A stretch of DNA of 38,305 nt from Candidatus Flemingiibacterium sp. (GTDB lineage Bacteria; Bacillota; Clostridia; Oscillospirales; CAG-272). A model generated the notes under the pieces. That model saw only the letters and a program-made list of their open reading frames with translations, had not been told where the DNA came from and made no database searches. The position numbers and the translations under genes were made by a program. The stretch is taken from assembly GCA_045634345.1 (NCBI GenBank), contig JAZRAB010000183.1:1-38305 (forward strand). Reading direction: 5' to 3'. This document shows, one piece after another, positions 16,195 to 25,504 of the stretch (positions within the stretch are counted from its first letter, which is position 1; the number at the start of each line of letters is the position of its first letter).

Positions 16195-16637
16195 TAAATT
16201 TGAGTTTATATAGGAGTTTGCGCTTCGAGCGTTGGTGCTCCTTGCGGTGCGTTGCACCGCCTGCCGTACTGCTCGCGGCGGCTTTGCCCCCTCTCGGGAG
16301 GGGGGCCACTGCTCTCAAACGCCGATGCGTGCTCCCCCTCCACCCCCACAAGCCTCGGCTGCTCGACAACCTGAAATTATAGATATAACCTATATTTTAG
16401 AAGCCGAGTTAGCCGAGCCAAGGAGGGGAGTGCAGAGGGGAACCTATGGATCGGTGTTAGCAGGTCACGACGTGACCTGCGTGTAAGTTCGGCAAAGTCC
16501 AACTTTATAGCAAGTCGGCGAAGCCGTCTTGCTTGAGAGACAATTGGTTCCCCTCTGCAAATACGGCAGGCGGCGAAAACGCCGCTTGGGAGTTACGACA
16601 ATCGAAACATTAAACTCCCCTACAAACAATAATTTAC
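16195..16637. repeat. GC-rich nested-palindromic mosaic repeat, copy 2 (arm B - core with two insertions - arm A')
   Basis: Arms are swapped relative to copy 1 while the core is in the same orientation. There are two extra segments (about 16351-16402 and about 16466-16531) that are absent from copy 1. Confidence 0.85.
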
Positions 16638-16666
16638 AAAAAGCAAAGCAGATAACGGCAATACTG

Positions 16667-17551
16667 TTATCTGCTTTGCTTTCTAAATTGATTAGGCGTG
16701 ATTCCTACATGCTTTAAGAACATGGACTCAAACCCTTGTCTTGTCTCATATCCGCATTGATCGGCGATCTCGTCAATTGACATGTCGCTTAATTGCAGAT
16801 ACTGCTTTGCGGCACTTATGCGTATTTCACGCAGCTTTTCGGTGAATGTCATGGCAAAACACTTGTCGAGTATGCGGCGCATTTGCGTGCGGCTGTATGA
16901 AAAATATTCGGCAAGGGAATTGAGGGTTATCTGCTGTGAATAATTAAGATAAAAATAGCTTTCAATCTTAGCGTATAGGTTGATTTTTGGAATTTCTTCG
17001 GGAATCTGTCGGCTGTCTAATACATTGATGCGTTCGAGAATGTAGCTGATTATGATTCCGAACTGTGCCTTAATACGGTATTTCTCAAGGCGTGACGGGG
17101 CAGTATGCTGGAAATTACGCAGACTTTCAATAAGATGGAATATCATTGACTTTTCCTCATCATTGAGCGCGTAATGCATGTATGGGGGAAGAGACTCTGT
17201 TAAATCCTTGTCCTCTGCTGCCATATTGAATCGCATGCCAAATCTTCGTATGTCGCTTGAGTACGAGAGGAGACGATGCTTTGTATGCGGCTTTATTAGA
17301 AGAACCTCGCCTGATTTGACGGTACAGCTTTCATTGCCGATAAGTACTTCGAATGATCCGTCTTCGACTATCAAAATTTCATTTGCGGCATGATCGTGAT
17401 ATGTGAGGGAGGGGGTAAGATGAGTTTGCGTTTGATCTATCTCATAGTCTATCAGTATGTCTACGGTTACATCTTCACAGACAACGGTGACGGAGGTAGG
17501 GATTTCCAATGTATCTATGTAGTCTTTTTCAATTGATTTTGTATGCGGCAT
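16667..17551 (-). CDS. AraC-family transcriptional regulator (N-terminal cupin sensor, C-terminal HTH)
   Basis: 294 aa. C-terminal region (LNSLAEYFSYSRTQMRRILDK...IDEIADQCGYETRQGFESMFLKHVGITPNQFR) is a typical AraC double HTH. The N-terminal half is cupin-like. A hairpin at 16643-16680 overlaps the stop codon. Confidence 0.85.
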   Translation of the reverse strand: MPHTKSIEKDYIDTLEIPTSVTVVCEDVTVDILIDYEIDQTQTHLTPSLTYHDHAANEILIVEDGSFEVLIGNESCTVKSGEVLLIKPHTKHRLLSYSSDIRRFGMRFNMAAEDKDLTESLPPYMHYALNDEEKSMIFHLIESLRNFQHTAPSRLEKYRIKAQFGIIISYILERINVLDSRQIPEEIPKINLYAKIESYFYLNYSQQITLNSLAEYFSYSRTQMRRILDKCFAMTFTEKLREIRISAAKQYLQLSDMSIDEIADQCGYETRQGFESMFLKHVGITPNQFRKQSR

Positions 17552-17674
17552 AGTATCCCTCCATCATGAAGTAATAAATACATAATACCATAACAATGTT
17601 ACGGATTGGTTAACAAAAGAACAGGAAAAAGTGAATTAGTTGATTATGCAAATATATTATTTTTCTGTTTAGGA

Positions 17675-17703
17675 TTGACAAATTAGCAACTGTATGGTAT
17701 AAT
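17675..17703 (+). promoter_or_regulatory. Strong sigma-70-type promoter for gene 17802-19139
   Basis: TTGACA (17675-17680), 17-nt spacer, TGgTATAAT (TATAAT at 17698-17703). Confidence 0.65.
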
Positions 17704-17801
17704 TATAAATAAGTATATATAATTGTGCGTAGAGTTGGCTTTTTTAGTGCTTTTAATACGACTACATATTATTTTCTACACAAACCGAGGAGAACATAAT
17801 C

Positions 17802-19139
17802 ATGAAAAAGTTCAAGTTAGCCAAGGGTGTACCCGCGGTATTAATAACACTTTTGGTTGTTGCTTCACTGCTGGTGCTCTCGATATTTGCCGGAAATGCA
17901 TTCATAGGCTTCCGTAGTAACACGGGCGCTGCAACCGGCGATGATACTGACGCTGTTACTCCGTACATTCCGGAAAAACGTACATACGAGCGTCCGGAAG
18001 AAACGTACGAGGGCGTGCAGGGCATAGTCCTTCGTTCAGCTGCATCTGCGGTTGATACATCCATACTTGCAGGCACGCAGGTTACCGACTACATGATAAT
18101 AGCAGACAGCACCGACCCATCCTCGGCAATCAGCGCACTTACTAATGTCGGCATCAGCGCATGGATGTCTGTCGGACTCACTGATATAAACGACGAAATG
18201 CTTGTTACGATAGAAGATGTTATTTCCGCTAATGACATCTACGGTATCGAAATCGACTTCTGCGGTATGCCGTGCATCCCGGGCGAGCCGAATTCCGATC
18301 TTGATGATATCAATGCTTTTGTCGCCGATGTGTCTGAGCTTGTTGAAGTGTATGAAGAGTACCATGAGCATGATATCAAGCTTTCTGCAAAGGTTTATTC
18401 TGATATCGATACCTGCTATGGATACGGCTTGGACGTTTCCAACTGGGTGGCAAACAAGCTTGTCGATATGATAAGCCCCTCATCAGGCTCTGAATATGCA
18501 AATACCGATTTGTTTTTGAGAATGTGGGCATCGCTTGTTGATCCAAACGGAGTCGTGCTTGCTCCCTATATTGGCGGACAGATTAAGAACTATGAGTCCT
18601 CAACTGCAGTTACCGCTCAAACTGCCGCTACACTTGCAGGTGAAGCAGCCGTTGCCATTACGCATGGCGCGGATAAGGTATGCCTTGTTGATTATATCAA
18701 TAAGGACTTGCTTAATGTTTTAGGCTCGTATGACACTGTTATGGCAGCTGACCGTATACATCGTCTTACCTATAATTCAGCGAGACAGCCATGGACTCCT
18801 GCCTATAATCACCTGCCTAAGAGTTTTAAGTCGGGATCAAGTATGGCGATTCGTATCCCGATCGGAAATATCCTTGATGGCGCTACTGTCAAGGTTCGTA
18901 TAGTATATGATCAAAAATATAACTTCTTAGCACTTCCGTCGGCCAATGTATATTTGAATTCTAATGCGTGTGCTAACGCAAAAACGGTTGGCGGTAGCTG
19001 GACTTCCGATTATGATACATTTGAATACGATGCGCCTGCAGCAGTATACGATGATGGATATATCGTATTTGAGCTTTTCCCGATGTCATCAAGCGCAACC
19101 TATACGCTTAAGGACATTCAGGTTATAGTAACACCGTAA
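17802..19139 (+). CDS. Secreted or membrane-anchored hypothetical protein (possible TIM-barrel glycoside-hydrolase-like core plus C-terminal beta-sandwich)
   Basis: 445 aa. N-terminal signal anchor (VPAVLITLLVVASLLVLSIFAG) and RBS gaggag. No motif that I can assign with confidence. Confidence 0.45.
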   Translation: MKKFKLAKGVPAVLITLLVVASLLVLSIFAGNAFIGFRSNTGAATGDDTDAVTPYIPEKRTYERPEETYEGVQGIVLRSAASAVDTSILAGTQVTDYMIIADSTDPSSAISALTNVGISAWMSVGLTDINDEMLVTIEDVISANDIYGIEIDFCGMPCIPGEPNSDLDDINAFVADVSELVEVYEEYHEHDIKLSAKVYSDIDTCYGYGLDVSNWVANKLVDMISPSSGSEYANTDLFLRMWASLVDPNGVVLAPYIGGQIKNYESSTAVTAQTAATLAGEAAVAITHGADKVCLVDYINKDLLNVLGSYDTVMAADRIHRLTYNSARQPWTPAYNHLPKSFKSGSSMAIRIPIGNILDGATVKVRIVYDQKYNFLALPSANVYLNSNACANAKTVGGSWTSDYDTFEYDAPAAVYDDGYIVFELFPMSSSATYTLKDIQVIVTP

Positions 19140-19154
19140 TAAAAATACAGATAA

Positions 19155-19186
19155 AGATACCGTCCCGAATAGGACGGTATCTTTTC
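19155..19186 (+). terminator. Rho-independent terminator of 17802-19139
   Basis: agataccgtcc / ggacggtatct 11-bp stem, 6-nt loop, then tttt. Confidence 0.8.
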
Positions 19187-19203
19187 TATATATGGCAAAA
19201 ATA

Positions 19204-19229
19204 AATGTGCCGCGCATGCGCGGCACATT
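19204..19229 (-). terminator. Rho-independent terminator of the CofE-like gene
   Basis: Perfect palindrome aatgtgccgcgcatgcgcggcacatt, followed on the minus strand by tttattttt. Confidence 0.75.
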
Positions 19230-19242
19230 GTCAGTGCTGATT

Positions 19243-20436
19243 TTATTCAGCTGTATAATTATCAAAATAGCCCTGAATGAATACGATCGGTGTGCCCTTG
19301 TCGCCGGAACCGGAGGTAAGGTCGCAGAGCGAACCGATGAGGTCTGTAAGCCTGCGAGGTGTAGTTCCCTCGGAAATCATCTTACCAACGAGATCGCCAT
19401 CCTTTTCGGATATCTTGGTCTTGATTGCTTCCTTGAGTGCATCACCCGAAAGATCAGCAAAATCGTTGTCTGCTAGGTACTTTAACTTAAGCTCGTTAGG
19501 CGTGCCTTCAAGTCCCTTGGTGTAAGCAGGAGCAACAACCGGATCGGCAAGCTCCCATATCTTTCCTACGGGGTCCTTAAACGCGCCGTCGCCGTAGACC
19601 ATAACTTCGATAGTCTTGCCGGTTGCATCGTAGAGCTTCTTCTGTATAGCATCAACGACCGGCTGACAGTCGCGGGGGAAGAGCTTGACTTGATCCTCGG
19701 TTGCCTTGTTTGAGCCGAGCAGACCGTAATCTTTATTGTAGCCACTGCCGTTTACGGGCGTGGTGAGAATATCGTCGAGACCGAGCACGATCTCGCCGCC
19801 TGCTGCCTTGAGCAGACGCTTGGTGCGCGCTCTTGTATGAATGTCGCAGCAGAGGACATTTTTTGTATAGTCGAGGATAGCCTTGGGATTATTAGCGAAG
19901 ATGATCTCACAGTCTGCACCGCAGCCGCGAATGAGTTCTTCATAATATGCTACGTAATCAACGCCGGTGAAACGATGCTTTTCATATCCAAACAGCTCAC
20001 GGTATTTTTCGAGAGTGAGGACATCCTTGTAGGGATCAACGCCCTTTTCGTCAAGCGCATCTATGCTGATAAGATGATTGCCTACCTCATCGGAGGGATA
20101 GGAGAGCATAAGTACGATTTTCTTTGCGCCCTTTGCAATACCGCGCAGACAAATCGAGAAACGGTTACGGCTGAGAATAGGAAGAATGACGCCGACCGTA
20201 CCGCCGCCGAACTTTGCTTTTATATCTGCTGCAATGTCATCAACAGTTGCATAGTTACCCTGTGCTCTTGCAACGACAGCCTCGGTCATAGCGACGATGT
20301 CACGATCGTGAAAAGTGAATCCGTCATCCTTCTGTGCATCAAGGATGGAAGAAACAACGATTTCAACGATGTCATCACCGTTTCTGATAATAGGTGCTCT
20401 GACTCCGCGTGATACTGTGCCAATCATACGACTCAT
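19243..20436 (-). CDS. CofE-like (F420-0:gamma-glutamyl ligase domain family) protein
   Basis: 397 aa. The N-terminus (GTVSRGVRAPIIRNGDDIVEIV...DRDIVAMTEAVVARAQG) resembles PF01996-type proteins as I recall them. RBS aaggag. Confidence 0.5.
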   Translation of the reverse strand: MSRMIGTVSRGVRAPIIRNGDDIVEIVVSSILDAQKDDGFTFHDRDIVAMTEAVVARAQGNYATVDDIAADIKAKFGGGTVGVILPILSRNRFSICLRGIAKGAKKIVLMLSYPSDEVGNHLISIDALDEKGVDPYKDVLTLEKYRELFGYEKHRFTGVDYVAYYEELIRGCGADCEIIFANNPKAILDYTKNVLCCDIHTRARTKRLLKAAGGEIVLGLDDILTTPVNGSGYNKDYGLLGSNKATEDQVKLFPRDCQPVVDAIQKKLYDATGKTIEVMVYGDGAFKDPVGKIWELADPVVAPAYTKGLEGTPNELKLKYLADNDFADLSGDALKEAIKTKISEKDGDLVGKMISEGTTPRRLTDLIGSLCDLTSGSGDKGTPIVFIQGYFDNYTAE

Positions 20437-20506
20437 AATTTTTAATACTCCTTTAGCATGATTTATAAGCTTGATGATTGATTCATCTAAATCATACCAA
20501 TTATAT

Positions 20507-20535
20507 ATTATACCACACTATATTGTTTTTTTCAA
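20507..20535 (-). promoter_or_regulatory. Promoter of the CofE-like gene
   Basis: Minus strand: TTGAAA (20530-20535), 17-nt spacer, TGgTATAAT (TATAAT at 20507-20512). Confidence 0.6.
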
Positions 20536-20735
20536 TATTTTTTAAGAAATTTTTCGATAAAGATATTATAAAAATTTTGTCTGCATGCAAAGCTGTTTTG
20601 GGTATTTTGTGCGAGCGTAAAATTGTATAGATGTCGGAGTTGTTATATTGTCGATATCCGGGGATTGCGGTGCGGTATTTTTTTGATAAATCTGCAAAAA
20701 AATGTCAGTTATGAGTGGAAAATCGAAAATTACTA

Positions 20736-20764
20736 TTGAAATTTAGATTAAAACATGATATAAT
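20736..20764 (+). promoter_or_regulatory. Promoter of purC
   Basis: TTGAAA (20736-20741), 17-nt spacer, TGaTATAAT (TATAAT at 20759-20764). Confidence 0.65.
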
Positions 20765-20816
20765 GATATTTGTGATAATAGTCACTAAAGTGATAATATA
20801 TAAGGAGTGCAAATCA

Positions 20817-21515
20817 ATGAAAAAGACTTATTCCGGAAAGACCAAGGACGTATATGCTCTTGACAATGGTAATGTAATGCTTAAATTCAAGGACGACTGT
20901 ACCGGCAAGGACGGCGTTTTCGATCCCGGTGAAAATACTGTCGGACTTACCATTGAGGGTATCGGAAAGGCTAATCTTCAGACCTCTGTTTATTATTTTG
21001 AGCTTTTGAAGAAGGCTGGTATTAAGACTCACTACGTTTCTGCAAATATCGACGAGGCTACTATGGAAGTTCTTCCTGCAGAGTGCTTCGGTAAAGATCT
21101 TGGCGGTAACGGACTTGAAGTTATCTGTCGTCTGGTTGCAACCGGCAGCTTTATCCGCAGATACGGCGAGTACATCAAGGACGGCACTCCTCTTGAGGGC
21201 GGTTATGTTGAGTGTACATTCAAGAATGATGAAAAGGGTGATCCGCTGGTAACGGGCGAGGGACTTGCGGCACTTAAGGTTATGACTCCCGCTATGTTCG
21301 AGTCGATGAAAGAGCAGACACTCAAAATTACCAAGATCGTTGCTGATGACCTTAAGACTATCGGTCTTGATCTTTGGGATATAAAGTTTGAGTTCGGTTA
21401 CAACAACGGTGAAGTTATCCTCATTGACGAGATTGCATCCGGTAACATGAGAGTTTACAAGGATGGTAAGATCGTTGATCCCGTTGAGCTTACCAAGATG
21501 ATAAATAACAGATAA
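20817..21515 (+). CDS. purC: Phosphoribosylaminoimidazole-succinocarboxamide (SAICAR) synthase
   Basis: Start set at ATG 20817 (taaggag RBS upstream), not the track's 20715. The protein begins [18 protein letters not shown] and contains [13 protein letters not shown], typical of short clostridial-type PurC. Confidence 0.85.
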   Translation: MKKTYSGKTKDVYALDNGNVMLKFKDDCTGKDGVFDPGENTVGLTIEGIGKANLQTSVYYFELLKKAGIKTHYVSANIDEATMEVLPAECFGKDLGGNGLEVICRLVATGSFIRRYGEYIKDGTPLEGGYVECTFKNDEKGDPLVTGEGLAALKVMTPAMFESMKEQTLKITKIVADDLKTIGLDLWDIKFEFGYNNGEVILIDEIASGNMRVYKDGKIVDPVELTKMINNR

Positions 21516-21528
21516 TTGATATATTTAT

Positions 21529-21561
21529 GCCCCTACCATTTTTTGAATGGCAGGGGTTTTT
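21529..21561 (+). terminator. Rho-independent terminator of purC
   Basis: gcccctaccatt / aatggcagggg stem with one mismatch, followed by ttttt. Confidence 0.65.
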
Positions 21562-21648
21562 AATTTTGCATGTAAAATGCAAAATGAGCTTAATAGCCAA
21601 TGTTGTACAAATGAATTGAGAATATTATATTTTTTAGAGCAATAGGGG

Positions 21649-21677
21649 TTGTTTTTTTGTATGTTATGTGGTACAAT
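21649..21677 (+). promoter_or_regulatory. Promoter of the SGNH hydrolase gene
   Basis: TTGTTT, 17-nt spacer, TGgTACAAT (TACAAT at 21672-21677). Confidence 0.5.
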
Positions 21678-21709
21678 GAGTTAAATAAATTTTTGGGAGG
21701 AACATCAAT

Positions 21710-22378
21710 ATGAAATTAGATGGATTAAAGATAAATTTTTTGGGAGACAGCATTACAGAAGGTGTGGGTACCAGCAGTAAAGATACCGTATATCACGCTG
21801 TTCTGAAAAGAGAGGCAAATCTTGCCGTGGCACGAAATTACGGTATAAGTGGCACAAGATTTGCACTGCAAAAGGGAACGCCTGAAAGACCGAAAAACAA
21901 AACCTATGATGAAAAATCGTATTCGGAGCGCTTTGAGCGGATGGACGATGATGCAGATGTAGTAGTCGTGTTCGGCGGAACAAACGATTACGGACATGGA
22001 GATGCCGAAATCGGCTGTTTCTCCGATAGAACACCGGATACGTTCTATGGTGCCTGCCATTACCTATTCAGCGGTCTTATAAAGAAATACATAGGCAAAC
22101 AGATTATCATCATGACGCCGCTTCACCGCACCGGTGAAACAACTGTGCCGGAAATCAAGGGTGCAGGAAACCATGCGATATTGAAGACATATGTTGACGC
22201 AATCAGAGAGGTTGCCGAGTACTATTCGCTTCCCGTGCTTGATTTGTATGCAATGAGCGGAATGCAACCGGAGATTGAGGAAATTAAAGAAAACTACATT
22301 CCTGACGGATTACATCCCAACGATAACGGTAATGCTATAATTGCACGTAAACTTAAAAAGTTTTTGGAGGCACTTTGA
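21710..22378 (+). CDS. SGNH/GDSL-family hydrolase (esterase/lipase)
   Basis: 222 aa. Block I FLGDSITEG, block III GTND and block V DGLHPN. Confidence 0.85.
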   Translation: MKLDGLKINFLGDSITEGVGTSSKDTVYHAVLKREANLAVARNYGISGTRFALQKGTPERPKNKTYDEKSYSERFERMDDDADVVVVFGGTNDYGHGDAEIGCFSDRTPDTFYGACHYLFSGLIKKYIGKQIIIMTPLHRTGETTVPEIKGAGNHAILKTYVDAIREVAEYYSLPVLDLYAMSGMQPEIEEIKENYIPDGLHPNDNGNAIIARKLKKFLEAL

Positions 22379-22464
22379 TATCAGCAATAAATGTGTTATA
22401 ATAAATTCAATTATAAATTAAATGATTCACACTAGATTCTGTTTTGATATATTAATGAGGTAAT

Positions 22465-24195
22465 ATGAAATCAGCGAGATTTTGTGAACTTGAAACGCCG
22501 TTTGAAGATATAGATGGAGCGTGGGCACGTGAATATCCGCGCCCTCAGTTAGTTCGTGATTCATATTTTCCGCTCGGTGAAGGCTGGGAGCTTGCGATCA
22601 AGGCGAGAGATGCTGTAACGGTGCTCGGCAATGTGAAAATTCCCTTTGTTCCCGAATCGCGCTTGTCCGGTATAAAGAGAACTCTGAAACCCGATGAAAA
22701 GTGGGTGTACACCTGTCACTTTATACTTCCTGACGGCTTTAATTGCGGTCGGATACTGCTGCATTTCGGTGCAGTAGATCAGATAACGTACGTGTTTGTA
22801 AACGGAAGTGCTGTTGGAGCGCACATAGGCGGTTATCTACCGTTTGAATATGATATAACCGATTATATCTGTGAGGGTGAAAATACGCTTACAGTTGAAG
22901 TGACAGACTCGCTCAATACCGACATCCCTTACGGAAAGCAGTCTCGACGCCGCGGTGGAATGTGGTATACGCCGATAAGCGGCATCTGGCAGACGGTGTG
23001 GCTTGAAAGCGTTGTCGAAAATTATATTTCCTCGCTTCGCATAACACCGTCACTTGATTCCGTAACAATAAAAACGGTTGGCGGTGAGGTTCGGAAAACT
23101 ATATCCGTTGAGTTGCCGGACGGTACACTTGAGTGTACCTACGATGGTGACTCGGTGACGCTTAAAATTGATTCTCCGCGACTTTGGTCTCCAGAGGATC
23201 CATACCTATATTACTTCACACTGACGGACGGCAATGACATACTGCGCTCTTATTTTGCCCTTAGAACGATCAGCATCAAAAGATACGGTAAGCGCAAATA
23301 TATTTGTCTTAACGAAAAACCGTATTTCTTCCATGGGTTACTTGACCAAGGATATTACAGCGACGGAATCTATTTGCCGTCCTCGCCTGAAGGGTATCTC
23401 TGGGATATCAAAACAATGAAATCGCTCGGATTCAACACCTTGCGTAAACATATCAAGATAGAGCCGGATGTTTTTTACCATTACTGCGACAAGTATGGTA
23501 TGATCGTATTTCAGGATATGGTCAACAGCGGAAAATACAGCTTTATGCTTGATACCGCGCTCCCGACCCTCGGATTGAAGCGCGGAATATGGCATAGTGC
23601 TTTGGAGCACCGCCGTGAAATATTCGAGCAATCCTGCGAGGAAACGGTGGATATGCTGTATAATCATCCGTGCGTGTGCTATTATACTATTTTCAACGAG
23701 GGATGGGGACAGTATGATTCTACACGTATCTATAAAAAACTAAAGTCCCGTGATGATTCGCGTGTATGGGATGCCACGTCGGGATGGTTTTTTGGGGGGA
23801 AGAGCGATGTTCGAAGCGAGCACGTGTATTTTAAGAAGATTAACGTAAAAGAATCCAAAAGACCGCTTGTCCTATCAGAGTTCGGCGGATACTCATGTAA
23901 GATTGATGGGCATGCTTTTAATCTTAACAAAGCTTACGGTTACCGTACAATGGCAGATGTCGGTGAGCTTAATCAATCACTGCGCTCGCTCTATCTTGAT
24001 GAAGTGCTGCCGATGATATCACGCGGGCTCTGCGCTTCGATACTGACACAGGTTTCCGATGTTGAGGATGAAATAAACGGACTTGTTACATATGACAGAC
24101 AAGTTATAAAGGCTGATTTCGATATGATGAATGAAATACGAATGGCTGTTGACAAGGCGTTTTTAAATGAGACCCCAAAAGGCGATATGCAATAA
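22465..24195 (+). CDS. Glycoside hydrolase family 2 protein
   Basis: 576 aa. It has an N-terminal sugar-binding domain pattern, a TIM-barrel region containing FNEGWGQYD, and LRKHIKIEP. RBS gaggt. Confidence 0.75.
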   Translation: MKSARFCELETPFEDIDGAWAREYPRPQLVRDSYFPLGEGWELAIKARDAVTVLGNVKIPFVPESRLSGIKRTLKPDEKWVYTCHFILPDGFNCGRILLHFGAVDQITYVFVNGSAVGAHIGGYLPFEYDITDYICEGENTLTVEVTDSLNTDIPYGKQSRRRGGMWYTPISGIWQTVWLESVVENYISSLRITPSLDSVTIKTVGGEVRKTISVELPDGTLECTYDGDSVTLKIDSPRLWSPEDPYLYYFTLTDGNDILRSYFALRTISIKRYGKRKYICLNEKPYFFHGLLDQGYYSDGIYLPSSPEGYLWDIKTMKSLGFNTLRKHIKIEPDVFYHYCDKYGMIVFQDMVNSGKYSFMLDTALPTLGLKRGIWHSALEHRREIFEQSCEETVDMLYNHPCVCYYTIFNEGWGQYDSTRIYKKLKSRDDSRVWDATSGWFFGGKSDVRSEHVYFKKINVKESKRPLVLSEFGGYSCKIDGHAFNLNKAYGYRTMADVGELNQSLRSLYLDEVLPMISRGLCASILTQVSDVEDEINGLVTYDRQVIKADFDMMNEIRMAVDKAFLNETPKGDMQ

Positions 24196-24282
24196 AAAAC
24201 GTGCACGGACAAAAATGATTTTCGAATAAAAAGGGCGACCCAATGGCCGCCTTTAAAAATATCTATGTTGAGGTATACTTCA

Positions 24283-24858
24283 ATGATAAAAGAGCTTCTC
24301 TACAATACCCGTACCTGCCGCACATTTGACGAGTGCCGTTATATTACCGAAGAAGAGCTTCGTGACATGGTTGACTGCGCACGTGTTACACCGTCAAGCG
24401 CCAACATTCAGCCCTTGTCATATAGACTCGTATATGATAAAGCCGAGGTTGATGCACTTATGCCATATACGAAATGGGCAGGCGCGCTTCCTGAGCTTGA
24501 ATTGCCGCCAAAGGGACACTGTCCTGCGGCGTTTATTGTCATTTGCCAAGACACGGAGAAATTCGGAGATGCCTCAAAATTCAAATGTGATGTCGGCATT
24601 GCCGCACTTGCGATATACCTGCGCGCCGCGGAGTTGGGGATTGCAGGATGCATGATCGGTTCATTTGACAAAGCGGGGGCGTCAGAGCTGTTATCGCTTC
24701 CAAGTACGGTGGAGCCTCTGCTGGTCATTGCGCTCGGAAAAGAGGATGAGACCCGTCGCATTGTTCCCGTGCATGACGGGCGGACAAAGTATTACCGTGA
24801 GAACGGGGTGCACTGTGTTCCAAAACGGGAGCTCGATGACGTCATCATAAAAAATTAA
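24283..24858 (+). CDS. Nitroreductase-family protein
   Basis: Start set at ATG 24283 (gaggt RBS 8 nt upstream). TRTCRTFDE motif, and PSSANIQP, typical of FMN nitroreductases. Confidence 0.8.
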   Translation: MIKELLYNTRTCRTFDECRYITEEELRDMVDCARVTPSSANIQPLSYRLVYDKAEVDALMPYTKWAGALPELELPPKGHCPAAFIVICQDTEKFGDASKFKCDVGIAALAIYLRAAELGIAGCMIGSFDKAGASELLSLPSTVEPLLVIALGKEDETRRIVPVHDGRTKYYRENGVHCVPKRELDDVIIKN

Positions 24859-25381
24859 ATTCTATCTGTATATCCTCGGGCGGCTCGTCACACAAATTGA
24901 TCAGCTTGCGCCCAAGCTTTCGCGCATAGTTGACCGTGTAAAGCGTACCGCCGCCATGCTCGGATTTATCATTATCTTTTTCCCAATAACAGATACAGTA
25001 TCCGCTTGCATCTACCATAGCGCGGTTGCGCATATGCATGACACCGCCATGATAGTGGTCGGAAAGTATCTGCACGCTGTCGGCGCGTGCGCGTATATTG
25101 TTATAGATATCTATATCACGCTTGCTCCAGCCTCTGCATTGGTCGGTGCAGGGAAGTATTAGATGCAGCTTTACAGCGCTTTGGAATTGCTTGTATTTAA
25201 GCACAGAAAGGGCGGCAATGGTGTCGAAACCGACCGCGCCTCCTGCATAAAAATCTTCCACGCCATGTTCCGCGAGATAGCTTATTTCAAAATTAAGCTT
25301 TTCAACAATTGAGGGGATCTTGTCAGGGGATATTTTCCGATGTCCCGAAAAACAGCAGGAATTTGAAATTTGTGGTGTCAT
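24845..25381 (-). CDS. SLOG-family (DUF1273/YpsA-like) protein
   Basis: 178 aa. CCFSGHRKI start motif and AGGAVGFDT glycine-rich motif. RBS ggagg. Its 3' end overlaps the nitroreductase 3' end by 14 nt (convergent). Confidence 0.65.
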   Translation of the reverse strand: MTPQISNSCCFSGHRKISPDKIPSIVEKLNFEISYLAEHGVEDFYAGGAVGFDTIAALSVLKYKQFQSAVKLHLILPCTDQCRGWSKRDIDIYNNIRARADSVQILSDHYHGGVMHMRNRAMVDASGYCICYWEKDNDKSEHGGGTLYTVNYARKLGRKLINLCDEPPEDIQIEFNFL

Positions 25382-25409
25382 AAAGCCTCCAAACGGATGT
25401 TCTTTAAAT

Positions 25410-25438
25410 ATTATATCACAAAAAAATATGTTTGTAAA
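25410..25438 (-). promoter_or_regulatory. Promoter of the SLOG gene
   Basis: Minus strand: TTTACA (25433-25438), 17-nt spacer, TGaTATAAT (TATAAT at 25410-25415). Confidence 0.65.
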
Positions 25439-25457
25439 TAGGTTTTATGAAAAAATT

Positions 25458-25504
25458 GTAAAAAATCAGGGGGAGATTCATCAATTGAATCTGCCGCTGA
25501 TTTT
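25458..25504 (-). terminator. Terminator after the lipoprotein gene
   Basis: On the minus strand directly after the stop: aaaaatcagcggcagattca attga tgaatctccccctgatttttt (imperfect stem, then a T run). Confidence 0.6.

Noticed and set aside
20536-20816. I looked for a purine, ZTP or other riboswitch and for PurR boxes upstream of purC.
   Set aside because: I could not find the conserved cores of the purine or ZTP (pfl) riboswitches. The predicted leader from the promoter at 20736-20764 is only about 45 nt. A weak PurBox-like aaaatcgaaaatt at about 20719-20733 has two core mismatches and no properly spaced inverted partner.
20715-20816. N-terminal extensions proposed by the ORF track: purC from 20715, GDPD from 13802, 7538, serpin from 28233, DegV from 31064, MntP from 31794 and nitroreductase from 24265.
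   Set aside because: In each case an internal ATG has a proper Shine-Dalgarno sequence at 6-9 nt and gives the canonical family N-terminus or signal peptide. The extension either overlaps the upstream gene or promoter, or lacks an RBS.
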